Positions 50,440-61,561 of a stretch of 64,000 nt of DNA are shown here, one piece after another; the first letter of the stretch is position 1; every line of letters begins with the position of its first letter. This DNA is from a virus: positions 1 through 64,000 of the IMG/VR virus record IMGVR_UViG_3300019776_000165. One strand, given 5' to 3'. The notes beneath the pieces are model-generated. The model saw nothing but the letters and a program-made list of their open reading frames with translations, ran no database searches and was not told the DNA's origin. A program made the translations under genes and the position numbers.

Positions 50440-52428
50440 ATGGCACGTTCATTTTTGACAAACATCTCAATGAATCAGAACCAGATTACTGGTCTGAGAC
50501 TTGAGAACGCATCGAGCGTACCTGGTACCGCTGGTGCCACTGGTCAAATTATCTTTGTCAACAATGGTTCGACCATTACTGACACTTACGTGTACACTGG
50601 TGCTGCCTGGACTAAGTTAACTCGTTCAGGAACTATTACTAACTCTGACCTTTCTGGCACCGCAGGCATCACCAATGCTAACCTAGCAAACTCTGCTGTA
50701 ACCATTGGTACTACCTCAATTTCTCTTGGTGCATCGTCTACCACTTTAGCGGGTATGACCACCATTAACGCCCACACAGTGCCGACTGGTACTGCCAGCA
50801 CCTACCTGCTTGCAAGCAACATCGGTGGTTCGGTTCAGGCTTGGGATGCTGACCTTGACGCCATCGCTGCACTGGCTGGAACTTCTGGCTTCCTGAAAAA
50901 GACTGCGGCAAATACTTGGTCGCTAGACACTAACACTTACCTGACATCGTCTACTGGTGTTACTACTTTCTCTGGTGGTACTACTGGACTTACTCCTTCG
51001 TCTGCTACTTCTGGTGCCATTACCCTTGCGGGAACACTAGCCGTTGCTAACGGTGGTACAGGTGTTACTACATCAACAGGTACTGGTAGCGTTGTTCTTT
51101 CGGCAAGCCCAACGTTCACTGGTAACGTAACCGTTCCTACTCCTACAAATGGAACTGACGCCGCTAACAAGGCCTATGTTGATGCTGCTGTTGTGGGTAT
51201 CGACTGGAAGCCATCAGTACGTGTAGCCACCACTACTGCTGGAACTCTGGCTTCATCGTTTGCTAACGGCTCAAGCGTTGATGGTGTAACTCTTGCTACT
51301 GGTGACCGAATCCTTATTAAGGACCAGGCCACTGGTTCTGAAAACGGTATCTATACTGTTAACGCTTCGGGTGCCCCTACTCGTGCCACTGATGCAGATA
51401 CATCAGCCGAAGTTACCTCAGGCCTCGCAGTATTTGTTGAAGAAGGTACCACAAACGCCGACAGCGGTTGGGTGCTCACAACAAACTCCCCTATTACTTT
51501 GGGAACCACTGCGCTGGTCTTTACTCAGTTTACTGGTCTTGGACAAATAACTGCAGGTGCTGGTCTTACTAAGACTGGTAACACTATCGATGTTGTTACC
51601 GCCGATGCCGCTCGCATTACCGTTAACGCAAACTCTATTGACATTTCTGCCACATACGTTGGTCAAACATCTATTACAACTCTGGGCACTATTGCCTCTG
51701 GTACTTGGAACGCCTCAACTATTACCGTTCCATACGGAGGAACTGGAGCAACAACTCTAACCTCTAACGGTGTTCTTCTTGGTAACGGTACTTCTGCAAT
51801 CAGTGCTACAACTGCTGGAACTGCTGACCAGGTTCTACGCATTCCTGGTGCAGGTGGTGCTCCAGCCTTTGGTGCAATTGACCTCACAAAGTCTGCAGCA
51901 GTAACTGGTGCCCTAACCGTAACTAACGGTGGTACTGGCGCAGCATCATTCTCTAACAACAACAGCCTGTTGCTTACTGGCGCTTCTGGTACAGCCGCCC
52001 TGACCAGCATTGCTAATGGTACTTCGGGTTATGTTCTAACCTCAAATGGCGCTGGTGTTGCACCTACTTGGCAGGCTTCTCAGTCGTCTAAGTACACTGC
52101 TACTAACCCTACTGCCACTGGTACCTACTACTACCTATCCAGCGGTGTAGTTTACTGGATTATCCAGCAGTCTACTCACGGCCTATCAGCAACTAACCAA
52201 GCCCTCAATGTCTCTCTTTACGCAATCAACTCAGACGGCTCTGGAAACACTAAGACGGGTGCCAACACTTTGGTAGACGTAGACTCCATTGTGGTTAACC
52301 AAACTTTGAGCACTACTAACGCCGTTGCTAATGGTGTAGCATTGGCTAGTGGTGACATCGTCCTTAACTGGAACGCTGCTGCCCTACCAACAACTGCAAG
52401 CACCTATCGAGTCGTAATTACAGGATAA
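50440..52428 (+). CDS. Tail/whisker fibre protein
   Basis: T/G/S-rich; LAVANGGTG, DAANKAYVD, KPSVRVATT...GDRILIKDQ..SENGIY. Confidence 0.8.
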   Translation: MARSFLTNISMNQNQITGLRLENASSVPGTAGATGQIIFVNNGSTITDTYVYTGAAWTKLTRSGTITNSDLSGTAGITNANLANSAVTIGTTSISLGASSTTLAGMTTINAHTVPTGTASTYLLASNIGGSVQAWDADLDAIAALAGTSGFLKKTAANTWSLDTNTYLTSSTGVTTFSGGTTGLTPSSATSGAITLAGTLAVANGGTGVTTSTGTGSVVLSASPTFTGNVTVPTPTNGTDAANKAYVDAAVVGIDWKPSVRVATTTAGTLASSFANGSSVDGVTLATGDRILIKDQATGSENGIYTVNASGAPTRATDADTSAEVTSGLAVFVEEGTTNADSGWVLTTNSPITLGTTALVFTQFTGLGQITAGAGLTKTGNTIDVVTADAARITVNANSIDISATYVGQTSITTLGTIASGTWNASTITVPYGGTGATTLTSNGVLLGNGTSAISATTAGTADQVLRIPGAGGAPAFGAIDLTKSAAVTGALTVTNGGTGAASFSNNNSLLLTGASGTAALTSIANGTSGYVLTSNGAGVAPTWQASQSSKYTATNPTATGTYYYLSSGVVYWIIQQSTHGLSATNQALNVSLYAINSDGSGNTKTGANTLVDVDSIVVNQTLSTTNAVANGVALASGDIVLNWNAAALPTTASTYRVVITG

Positions 52429-52431
52429 TAA

Positions 52432-54102
52432 ATGGCTAGAGCATTCTTAGGGGATGTTAACCTAACTAACCAGTTGCTCTTAAATGGTTCTGCAGGAACT
52501 TCTGGTCAAGTATTAACAAGCGGTGGCCCAAGTGGTGACCCTATTTGGTCTACCATTTCTAGTGGCAGTGGTTCGTTCTACGTGACTGGTCCTACAGCCC
52601 CTTCAGGTGCTGCCAGTGGCGACCATTGGTTGGACACCGAAACTGGCGTTCTGTTCATCTATTTTAATGATGGAAACTCAAATCAGTGGGTAGACACGTC
52701 CCAGTCTGGATACATTGGTCCAACAGGACCCACAGGACCTACAGGTTCGGTGGCGTTAAACGCTCTAACAATAAAATCAGATTCAGGAACTACCGAAGGC
52801 ACTGACCTTTACACCTTTACTGGAGCAAGCGCTAAAAGCATAAACTTAGTTTCTGGCACAGCAATAAGCATTGCAGAAACTTCAGGTACTCTAACTTTTA
52901 ATAACTCTGGTGTTACAGCGCTTTCGGGAACTACTGACCAGATTACTGTTTCGGGCTCAACTGGTTCAGTTACCTTATCCTTGCCTTCAGCAGTTACTAT
53001 CTCTGGTGCAATGACTGCTGGGTCATTTGTTACGTCTGGCGGAACTTCTACCCAATTCCTCAAAGCAGATGGTTCTGTGGACTCTTCCACTTATTTGACT
53101 TCATCGACTGGTGTTACAACAGTTAATGGCTCTTCTGGCGCTATTACTAACGTCTTAACCTCTTCTGCTACAGGTGTACAGACATTCCTTACTACCCCTT
53201 CTAGTGCCAACTTAGTGGCTATGGTTACAGACGAAACTGGTACTGGTAACCTAATGTTTAGTATCAACCCGACGCTAAGCCAAGTATCTACATCGGTTGA
53301 AGGCGGGCAGTTAAACTGGGCTCCTTCTAATGAGGTGGGTTCTACCACTTGGTTTATTGATAGTTGGTGGAACGGAACTTCGACGCAGTTGCGTGTAGGA
53401 AATGGCTCTACAGTCATCGCCTCATTTGACCCTGCTGGTACTTTATCTGTCCCTACTGGCTCCATCTTGCCAATGGCAGGCACCACAACAGAGGCTCCAA
53501 TTGACTTTGCTCCTGGAACAAACCTAACTACACCCACCCAAGGGGCCATGGAGTTTGACGGTAACACGTTATTTATTACTGGGGACACCACTAACGGCTC
53601 AAAAAGGCAGATTGTTCCTGCAGTACAGTACTACTACTTGGCTACTGGTGCGTCTGCTATTGCCGCTAACACCAGTTTTTTTCCGACTGCTCGACCTGCA
53701 ATGCTTTCGGGACACATGTACCATTTTAAGTACTTCTTGCACTTTACTAAGAACACTGCAGGTACAGTAACTTTCCAGTTAAAGAACTCAGCAGCAGCAA
53801 ACTTCACGTACATAAACGCCAGGGCAACAATCATTCCATCTGTAGGTGTTCTTGCTGCAGTAGGTAACATGATTAACGTCTATGCTGCTGGAGCAGCGAC
53901 TGCAACATTTACAGCGTCTCAGTCACTTACTGCTGCTAACCATTTAGCGATTGTGGAAGGGTATTGTGTGCCAGCGGCTAACACACGTTTGGACATTGCA
54001 CCTTCAGCATATGGTGCGGGTACAATCACTACTCTGGTAAGTTCTAACTACATAATTACTGACCTTGGAACGTCAACAGCGACCCAAGGTAACTTCGGTT
54101 AA
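52432..54102 (+). CDS. Fibre protein
   Basis: GTSGQVLTS, GDHWLDT, FLKADGS, VTDETGTG modules. Confidence 0.78.
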   Translation: MARAFLGDVNLTNQLLLNGSAGTSGQVLTSGGPSGDPIWSTISSGSGSFYVTGPTAPSGAASGDHWLDTETGVLFIYFNDGNSNQWVDTSQSGYIGPTGPTGPTGSVALNALTIKSDSGTTEGTDLYTFTGASAKSINLVSGTAISIAETSGTLTFNNSGVTALSGTTDQITVSGSTGSVTLSLPSAVTISGAMTAGSFVTSGGTSTQFLKADGSVDSSTYLTSSTGVTTVNGSSGAITNVLTSSATGVQTFLTTPSSANLVAMVTDETGTGNLMFSINPTLSQVSTSVEGGQLNWAPSNEVGSTTWFIDSWWNGTSTQLRVGNGSTVIASFDPAGTLSVPTGSILPMAGTTTEAPIDFAPGTNLTTPTQGAMEFDGNTLFITGDTTNGSKRQIVPAVQYYYLATGASAIAANTSFFPTARPAMLSGHMYHFKYFLHFTKNTAGTVTFQLKNSAAANFTYINARATIIPSVGVLAAVGNMINVYAAGAATATFTASQSLTAANHLAIVEGYCVPAANTRLDIAPSAYGAGTITTLVSSNYIITDLGTSTATQGNFG

Positions 54103-54116
54103 AGGTATAATGAACT

Positions 54117-54266
54117 ATGGCTATTGACTTTCCTGGCTCTCCTACAGTCGGAACTACTTACACGTATGGTGGTAGGTCCTGGACTTGGAACGGCCAGGCT
54201 TGGGTTGCTACTCCTAGCACTGCTGGTGGAGCAGATTTAAATTCATTTCTATTGATGGGAGCCTAA
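54117..54266 (+). CDS. 49-aa paralog of the 50124 N-terminal module (not in ORF track)
   Basis: MAIDFPGSPTVGTTYTYGGRSWTWNGQAW...FLLMGA. Confidence 0.7.
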   Translation: MAIDFPGSPTVGTTYTYGGRSWTWNGQAWVATPSTAGGADLNSFLLMGA

Positions 54267-54267
54267 C

Positions 54268-54600
54268 TTGGCTACAACATATAAGGTATTGGGGCAGTCA
54301 GCCCCTTCGAGCACATCTAACGCCACACTATACACGGTGCCTGCGTCTACTTCGGCTGTGCTCAGCACTATCAGTGTTACTAACACCACTACTTCAGCGG
54401 CTACTTACCGCATTTTTATTCGTGTAGCGGGAGCAACTGCGGCTGCCTCGAACGCCTTTGCGTACGATGTTACCGCAGACCCTAACTCAACTACGGCATT
54501 TACTGTGGGCGTTACTTTGGCTACCACAGACGTCATCAGTGTTCAAACTGGAACAGCAAACGCTTTGACGTTCCAAGCATTTGGAAGCGAGATTGTTTAA
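54268..54600 (+). CDS. Structural hypothetical protein
   Basis: YKVLGQSAP...LYTVP...FQAFGSEI. Confidence 0.7.
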   Translation: MATTYKVLGQSAPSSTSNATLYTVPASTSAVLSTISVTNTTTSAATYRIFIRVAGATAAASNAFAYDVTADPNSTTAFTVGVTLATTDVISVQTGTANALTFQAFGSEIV

Positions 54601-55526
54601 TGGCTATTACTCAACTACCAGCGGGCGTAAAACTTCGTAGAACAATTACCTCAACTGGTGCTGTAGATACTGCTGGAATGCCAGGAGTGGTATTTGCTGT
54701 GGTTGTTGGTGGTGGGGGCGCTGGTGGCAGCACGTCTACCTCCAACGGTGGCGGTGGAGGTGGCGGCGCAGGCGCTGTAGTTAGCGCTTGGGTGCCTGCC
54801 ACCAACTATGCCACTATTGGTGCTGGAGGGACTGGTGTAGCATACTCCTCAGGTGGTGCTGGTACTGGTGTTGGTAACACAGGTGGAACAACTATTTATT
54901 CGAATCTTTACGCTTACGGAGGCACAGGCGGGGGAAGAAGTGCCACTACACCTAGCAGTGGTAACTACGGTAGTGGTGGCGGTGGCGAGGCTGGACAATC
55001 AGCCTCGGCGTCAACAAACGCCGCAACCATTTCAAACTTTATGTACTCTTTTGGCGGAGCAGGTGGCCTTGGTGGAGGCTATTCGGGCACAGTGACTTAC
55101 GCTGGAACTGTTGGTGGTGCTGGACAGTCTGGTGGTGGCGGAGGAGGAAGTTGGTATAACAACGTAAACGGAACCGCTTCTGCCACTGCTGGTGGTGCTG
55201 GAACGTTCGCTGGCGGCGGGGGTGGTGGTGTATCTTCAAACGTGGCTACTGCAACAATCCTCACTTCTGGTGCTGGTGGAGCAGGAGTTTTTGCGGGAGG
55301 AACTGCAGCAACCTCTACCTCCACTTCTACTGTTAAGTTTCTTTCAGGAGGTGGCGGAGGCGGGCTACTAGCCGCAGGAAGTAACGGAAGCATCTCCACC
55401 ACAAGCGCTGACGTTGTTGGTGGTGCGGGTGGTTCTGGAGGAGGAGGCGGTGGCGGTGGCTACACCCCCACTACTGGTGTTGTTGGTGGTGCTGGAGGGT
55501 CTGGCGCTGTTCTATTGTATTGGTGA
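54600..55526 (+). CDS. Glycine-rich tail-associated protein
   Basis: VVGGGGAGG...GGAGGSGAVLLYW. Confidence 0.78.
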   Translation: MAITQLPAGVKLRRTITSTGAVDTAGMPGVVFAVVVGGGGAGGSTSTSNGGGGGGGAGAVVSAWVPATNYATIGAGGTGVAYSSGGAGTGVGNTGGTTIYSNLYAYGGTGGGRSATTPSSGNYGSGGGGEAGQSASASTNAATISNFMYSFGGAGGLGGGYSGTVTYAGTVGGAGQSGGGGGGSWYNNVNGTASATAGGAGTFAGGGGGGVSSNVATATILTSGAGGAGVFAGGTAATSTSTSTVKFLSGGGGGGLLAAGSNGSISTTSADVVGGAGGSGGGGGGGGYTPTTGVVGGAGGSGAVLLYW

Positions 55527-55783
55527 TAATGATGAAAAGGTTTGCAGTTATTGGTGGCTCAATAGTCACTAACGTAGTCATGGGCGAAAGCCTAGAAGAA
55601 GTCTCTGCTGTTGTTGGCCCATGTATAGAACTAACAGAGGAGACACTTTTCGTAGGAATAAACTGGGCTTGGGATGGAACAACGTTCACTCCCCCACAAG
55701 ACTTACCTGCCGTGTAGGTAAGAACTAAAAATACCCGACAAGGTAATAAGGTTAAAGGGTCAGGAAACTGGCCCTTTAACTAT

Positions 55784-56842
55784 TTGGAGAAGAAGTTGAA
55801 AATAGCAGTAGTAACAATCGCTAAAAATGAAGAACAGTTTGTAGACCGCTGGTACGACTCCTGTAAAGAAGCAGATTACATTTTTGTGTTAGACACTGGT
55901 TCTACAGACGGTACTGTGGAAAAACTGTTCAAAGCAAACATTCACTACGCTATAGCCTCAGTTAATCCGTGGAGGTTTGATGATGCTAGGAACGCTGCTT
56001 TAGCGGTACTCCCAGACGACATTGACTATGTAATCAACTTGGACATGGATGAAATCCTTATGCCTGGTTGGCGTCAAGCCTTGGAGGCTGTTCCTGAAGA
56101 AGTTACACGACCACGCTACAAGTACACGTGGTCTTGGACTAAAGACGGTAAGCCTGGCCTCCAATACAACGGAGATAAAATCCATAAGCGCCACGGGTAC
56201 CGTTGGAAACACCCAGTACACGAAGTGATAGTTCCTGACCGCATTGAAGAAGTACAGGGCTGGGTGAACTTGGAGATTCACCACCATCCTGATAATTCCA
56301 AGAGTAGGTCACAGTACCTACCCCTGCTTGAACTTGCAGTACAGGAAGACCCTACGGATGACCGCAATACTTATTACCTTGCTAGGGAGTACTTCTTTAA
56401 CTCAATGCGAGATAAAGCAGCAGAGACATTTAAAACACATCTAAGCCTTCCCAAGGCTGTGTGGACTCCTGAGAGAGCGGCTTCTATGCGGTATCTAGCA
56501 AAGTGTGAACTAAACCTTTCAGAAGAATGGCTACAGAAAGCCATAAAAGAAGCGCCAGGTAGGCGTGAACCTTTAGTCGAACTGGGCTTGTATTACTACG
56601 AGAAACAAGATTGGCCTCGTTGTATGGAGTACGCTTTTGCGGCTGTGAGCATCAGCGAGAAGCCTTTGGACTATCTTTGCGAAGAGTTTGCTTGGGGAAG
56701 TATCCCTTGGGACTTGTGTGCTTTGGCCGCTTACCACCTTGGCTCTAAAGAAGAAGCAGTTTTGTACGGAACTAAAGCCCTAGAACTAGACCCAGATAAT
56801 GAGAGGTTAGCCAGAAATCTGGAGTTCTATAAGGGAAAATAA
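55784..56842 (+). CDS. Family 2 glycosyltransferase with TPR-like repeats
   Basis: IAKNEE, LDTGSTDGT, FDDARN, LDMDE, PVHE; helical C-terminus. Confidence 0.9.
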   Translation: MEKKLKIAVVTIAKNEEQFVDRWYDSCKEADYIFVLDTGSTDGTVEKLFKANIHYAIASVNPWRFDDARNAALAVLPDDIDYVINLDMDEILMPGWRQALEAVPEEVTRPRYKYTWSWTKDGKPGLQYNGDKIHKRHGYRWKHPVHEVIVPDRIEEVQGWVNLEIHHHPDNSKSRSQYLPLLELAVQEDPTDDRNTYYLAREYFFNSMRDKAAETFKTHLSLPKAVWTPERAASMRYLAKCELNLSEEWLQKAIKEAPGRREPLVELGLYYYEKQDWPRCMEYAFAAVSISEKPLDYLCEEFAWGSIPWDLCALAAYHLGSKEEAVLYGTKALELDPDNERLARNLEFYKGK

Positions 56843-56864
56843 TATGTAAGCACGGAGGTTTGTT

Positions 56865-58022
56865 TTGCCAGGTTATCTAAAAGTCAGCGGTTCTCAGAAG
56901 ACCGTTGCTTCGCCATACATTAAGGTGGGCGGCACCTGGAAGAAAGCAGCGGCTGGTTACGTCAAGGTTTCTGGTGCTTGGAAACAATGGTACGCCTCTA
57001 GCGTAGTAGACGACTTTAACAGGGCTAACGCTTCTACTCTTGGCACTGCTAGTGACGGGTTCACCACGTGGACTACTACTAGAGGAGCATGGGGAATTGC
57101 CAGTAACGTGGCGTCTTCGTCTACTACTGCTTCCTCTTACGCCTTAGCCACAGTGCCCTCTCCTACACTCTCCGCTAACTACACTGTAAGTGTGGACGTT
57201 CCCGCTAATGCTGGTCCTGGCGTTGCTTTCTGGGTAACTGACGCTAACAACTGGTGGGGCGCTACCACAAACATTACTAGCACTACTTCTTATTCTTGCC
57301 CCAGCGGAGGAACCTACAACTCTTCTACGGGAAACTGTGACGTTTCTTCGTCTTATACAGCCACAATGAGTTACACCAAAATGAGTAGCGCATACGACTG
57401 TGGCTACACCACTGTAGGTGCTACCTCGACTAACCCTGTGGTGTCTGCGTTTACCCCTTGCCCCAATGCAGGGTGTAACTCTGGTAACGGATATTACTGC
57501 TCTGGAACTACCTGCTACGACAGCACTCCAGTCTACTCTTGCCCTAGTGGGTACACTCTAAGCGGAACCACTTGTTACAAGTACACAAGTTGTTGTGCGG
57601 GCGCTTACTACTCCTCAGACCCTGGCGGTCTTGGTAGAGGCGCTGGTTGTTACGCACAAACTTACACTTGCCCTAGCGGAGGTACACTTAACGTCGGTGA
57701 CCTACGCTGCTACAGCACTACTTCTTACACTGCCACTTCAACTACCACCACAACTTACTCAGTTAAGGTCATTCAGGCTGTGGCTAACGTCATTAGCACT
57801 AAAGCCACATACTCAAGCACTGGCCGTATCGCCAGCCTTAAAGTAAACACCAGCGGAAACAACGTTACTGTCAGTACTTACCTGAGCGCAGGTCTAGGTG
57901 GAACCGCTACCACTAACATGTACACCGCAACAAGTCCCACAACTACCTCAGTAGCAGGAATAGTAAAGGGAGTGTCTACTAGTAGCCAGGGCAGTACTTT
58001 GGATAACTTTTCGGTAAAATAA
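56865..58022 (+). CDS. Thr/Ser-rich fibre or receptor-binding protein with Cys-rich insert
   Basis: YIKVGGTWK/YVKVSGAWK N-terminus; DDFNR; Y(S/T)CPSG repeats. Confidence 0.65.
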   Translation: MPGYLKVSGSQKTVASPYIKVGGTWKKAAAGYVKVSGAWKQWYASSVVDDFNRANASTLGTASDGFTTWTTTRGAWGIASNVASSSTTASSYALATVPSPTLSANYTVSVDVPANAGPGVAFWVTDANNWWGATTNITSTTSYSCPSGGTYNSSTGNCDVSSSYTATMSYTKMSSAYDCGYTTVGATSTNPVVSAFTPCPNAGCNSGNGYYCSGTTCYDSTPVYSCPSGYTLSGTTCYKYTSCCAGAYYSSDPGGLGRGAGCYAQTYTCPSGGTLNVGDLRCYSTTSYTATSTTTTTYSVKVIQAVANVISTKATYSSTGRIASLKVNTSGNNVTVSTYLSAGLGGTATTNMYTATSPTTTSVAGIVKGVSTSSQGSTLDNFSVK

Positions 58023-58030
58023 GGAGCATT

Positions 58031-58189
58031 ATGGAGCAAGAAAAAGAAACAGACCCAAAGAAACGATACGACATCTGCAAAAACTGTGAAAAGTTCTTTA
58101 ACCCTACACGTCAGTGCCGTGAGTGCATGTGCTTCATGAACGTCAAAGTTAAACTACACGAGGCTACTTGCCCACTAGGAAAATGGTAA
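58031..58189 (+). CDS. 52-aa Cys-rich protein (not in ORF track)
   Basis: RYDICKNC...QCRECMCF...CPLGKW; AAGGAG RBS. Confidence 0.75.
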   Translation: MEQEKETDPKKRYDICKNCEKFFNPTRQCRECMCFMNVKVKLHEATCPLGKW

Positions 58190-58504
58190 TAAATGGAGTA
58201 TAAGTTCATCGCAACAGTACACGGCCCCGCAGTTCTTGGAGAAAATGAGGTGTTGTTCTTCAACCAGTTTCAACCTTTGTTGGACTATTACGAAGAAGAC
58301 CCTGAGTTTTTAATTAAAGCCAAGTTGTTTATTGCAGATAGTCTTCGAACTAATGCAACTATATTGGCTGATAGTTTGACTGTGCCTCAGGTAGGGTCAG
58401 ATTTGGTTGGACCTATACACGGAGCAATGAGTGCCCTAAATGCTATTTCTCAATTTGAGCACCATTTTTTACCGTCAATTTTTCCGCATCTAAGGAAGTA
58501 AACT

Positions 58505-59116
58505 ATGCGAGGCACCAACGCCGACCTGGGTCGTTTTGACCTAGACTACGAATCCAAGTCCATTTATGAGGGCATTGGTGAGGAACTTGGCGCAACCGTT
58601 GGTGTCAAAGTTAACTGGTTTCGTTGGCAAGACTATTACCTAGAAGATAACTACCGTGACATCGTGGACGATGTGTACGACGTTTCTAGTTCTACTCCAG
58701 GTAAAGGTCGACGTTGGATGCTTCCATTTGACATGCCTGTAATCATGGCTCAATGGATTCGTGGTACCAACGTAATGAACGAACGTGGTTTCTACGTTTC
58801 CGATACTCTCCGTCTAGTAATGAATGTCGGAGATGTACAGCGTATGCTTCCAGACCTTCTGCTTAACAGCAACGCACATATTAAAGACCGAGTCATTTAT
58901 CGTGGACAGGTCTTTGTTCCTACCCGTGTGCTTCCTCGTGGCTCCTTTGGTTACCGCTGGGCGGTAGTAACTATTGACTGCAACCAGGTCAACTCTGAAG
59001 AACTTGTGAATGACCCGCAGTTCCAGAAGTATGCTTTGCCTTCAAAGCGTGACCCTAGAAACGACACTAACGGCTATGGCCTAAATGGTTATGGCGAAAC
59101 CCCTTATGGAGATTAA
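58505..59116 (+). CDS. Probable head-closure/neck protein
   Basis: Position; KDRVIYRGQVF. Confidence 0.5.
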   Translation: MRGTNADLGRFDLDYESKSIYEGIGEELGATVGVKVNWFRWQDYYLEDNYRDIVDDVYDVSSSTPGKGRRWMLPFDMPVIMAQWIRGTNVMNERGFYVSDTLRLVMNVGDVQRMLPDLLLNSNAHIKDRVIYRGQVFVPTRVLPRGSFGYRWAVVTIDCNQVNSEELVNDPQFQKYALPSKRDPRNDTNGYGLNGYGETPYGD

Positions 59117-59743
59117 ATGACAATGCCAACTCTGCCTGCTAAGGGCGATAACAACTGGGACGTTCCTCTAAACAACGTTCTTACATATTTGGACGAACGA
59201 ATTAGTTCTGAACTAGTTGGCCCAACTGGCCCTGCAGGGGCTACTGGCCCTACTGGTGCTGACAGCACAGTGCCTGGTCCAACAGGCTCCACTGGTCCTG
59301 CGGGAGCAACTGGGCCCACTGGTCCAGCGTGGTCTATTCCAGCCCCTGTGTCATTCAACCCTAACCTTACTGCTACTGGGCTGGTTATTAGCGCTGGTGG
59401 TCAAACTGGCCAGTATATTCAACTGGGTAAATTGGTTTCTTTCTGGATTACCATTGACTGCTCTTACATCACCAACTTTGGTACTGGACAGTGGATGTTT
59501 GACTTCCCAGTTACCCCTCTGCCAAGTACTATTCCGCACTTTGAGGGTGGGGCATACGATACCTCTACTCATGCCGTTCTTCGTGGGGACACTACTTTGG
59601 GCGGAACTAAAATTGACGTTCACTACGTCAAAGCCGCTGGTCCTAACAGCGCTATTCAAGAAGCAACGTTCACTTCATTGGCACCATTAACGCTAGACAC
59701 TAACGCTAAGGTGTACATGAACGGCACATACTTGGCGGCATAA
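59117..59743 (+). CDS. Collagen-repeat minor structural protein
   Basis: GPTGPAGAT repeats; C-terminal beta domain. Confidence 0.75.
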   Translation: MTMPTLPAKGDNNWDVPLNNVLTYLDERISSELVGPTGPAGATGPTGADSTVPGPTGSTGPAGATGPTGPAWSIPAPVSFNPNLTATGLVISAGGQTGQYIQLGKLVSFWITIDCSYITNFGTGQWMFDFPVTPLPSTIPHFEGGAYDTSTHAVLRGDTTLGGTKIDVHYVKAAGPNSAIQEATFTSLAPLTLDTNAKVYMNGTYLAA

Positions 59744-61561
59744 TGCCTTTTAAGTCACTAGCCCAAATGCGACTCATGTACGCTAAGTACCCTGAGATGG
59801 CTAAAGAATGGGCATCTAAAACAACTAACATTAAGTCACTGCCACAAAAGGTGAAGAAAAATGACAAGTAAACCTGTCTGGGACAAAAAGAATCCTAAGA
59901 AGAAACACAAGGACCTTACTGGTAAGCAAGAGTCTGCGGCCAAAGCACGTGCTAAAGCAGCGGGTCGCCCTTACCCAAACCTAGTTGACAACATGGCTGT
60001 GGCAAAGAAAGCGAAGAAAAATGGCAGCAAGTAAAGACCCACGCCTTGCTCGTGCAGGCGTATCAGGGTACAACCAACCAAAGCGAACACCAGACCACCC
60101 AACCAAGTCCCACATTGTTGTGGCTAAAGAGGGTGACCAGGTTAAGACCATTCGTTTTGGTCAGCAGGGTGTTTCAGGTTCTCCTAAGAAAAAGGGTGAG
60201 TCGGAGGCATACCGTGAGCGCCGTGAGTCGTTCCAGGCTCGTCACGCTAAGAACATTGCCAAGGGCAAGATGTCTGCCGCCTATTGGGCCAATAAGGTGA
60301 AGTGGTAATGAGTAAGAAAGTACCTGTAGGGACTAAGAAGAAGTTTGGTCCGTACAAAGGCTCTGAGGATAAGGGTGGCCGTCCCCTGTATGTCTATAAG
60401 ACTAAGCAGGCTGACGGAACTTGGAAGACTACCTCTAAGAATAAGGCTCGTGCAGATTACGAGGCTAAGAACGGTAAACTTCCTAAGAACGTTGACGTTG
60501 ACCACAAGGATAACAACCACAACAACGACAACGCTAAGAATTTGCGCCCACTAGCGCACGGCAAGAACACAGCAAAAGAAAACAAGCGACGTGCAGGTAA
60601 AAAGGAGAACGAGAAGTGAAGTGGCCAACTCGTTTAAAACCAGCACCAGTACCATTTCCTAACGGAGGAGGCATACAAGCCATGGCAACAAAGACTACTA
60701 AGATTAAAAATCTTGAGCACCAGAAAATTGACCTTGAGGCTCAGATTGCTCATGCTAAAGTAGACCAGAAACACAAACCAAAACCAGCCACCAAGAAAGC
60801 AGGCAAATAATGTGCAACGGAAACTGCACCTGCGGTAAGGACAAGGAGCCAACTAATGGCTAAGTGTTCATGCGGCAAATGCGCTCAGTGTAAAGCAAAA
60901 ATGAAGAAGGGCAAGAAGTAATGGCGGGAAAACCAGCATTCCTAAAGGGTAAGTACACCGAGGAAAAAGACAAGAAGAAGGACGCCAAGATGACTAAGGG
61001 CTTGAGCCCTAAGGAGAAGGCGGAGTTCGAGAAGAAGGACAAGGCTCACGGCGAGAAGAAGAAGCCGAAGACCATGGCCGAGGACAAGAAGATTGATGCC
61101 AAGATTATCAAGGGCATTAAGAAGCATTCTGCTCATGAGAAGCGTGAGGGTAAAGCAGGCGAGAAGCGTGAAGACGCTCATGAGAAAAAGACAGGAAAGA
61201 AGTAATGGCTGCACAACCAAAGAAGGTAACTAGTACACCTACTAGCCGAAGAATCGGCAAGGTTCTGGCCAGCGGAACTTACCCTGCTGGTAGCCCTCAG
61301 GCAGGGAAAAAGATTGGTCCAGTAGGAAAAGTAATGGGAAAGTTGGCTGCTAAAGCCTCTGTTTCTATTGCTAACGAGACTGCTAAGACCACCCGAAAGT
61401 CCCAAGCCGACCAGGCTGCTAAGAAGCAGGCTCGCAGTGCTGCGTACCCTAAGGGCACTGGAACTTCTCGCCTTAGCGAGCCTCCTCTAACTAAGGCTAA
61501 GGACTACACCAAAGCCCTAAAGAAGAATGGCGGCAACCCGCTTCCTCCTAAGGGAAGATAA
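59743..61561 (+). other. Nine coupled small Lys-rich ORFs (59743-59871, 59861-60034, 60021-60308, 60308-60619, 60616-60810, 60810-60863, 60856-60921, 60921-61205, 61205-61561)
   Basis: Hand-translated, overlapping stop/start or short overlaps; all basic. Confidence 0.7.
60308..60619 (+). CDS. HNH-motif protein
   Basis: DVDHKDNNHNNDNAKNLR...HGKN. Confidence 0.7.
   Translation: MSKKVPVGTKKKFGPYKGSEDKGGRPLYVYKTKQADGTWKTTSKNKARADYEAKNGKLPKNVDVDHKDNNHNNDNAKNLRPLAHGKNTAKENKRRAGKKENEK

Noticed and set aside
50440-58022. Diversity-generating retroelement or invertible tail-fibre system
   Set aside because: No reverse transcriptase or invertase, and no TR/VR pair seen
60308-60619. HNH as an intron-borne homing endonuclease
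   Set aside because: Free-standing and translationally coupled; no interrupted gene around it. nrdJ and terL also show no intein or intron signatures
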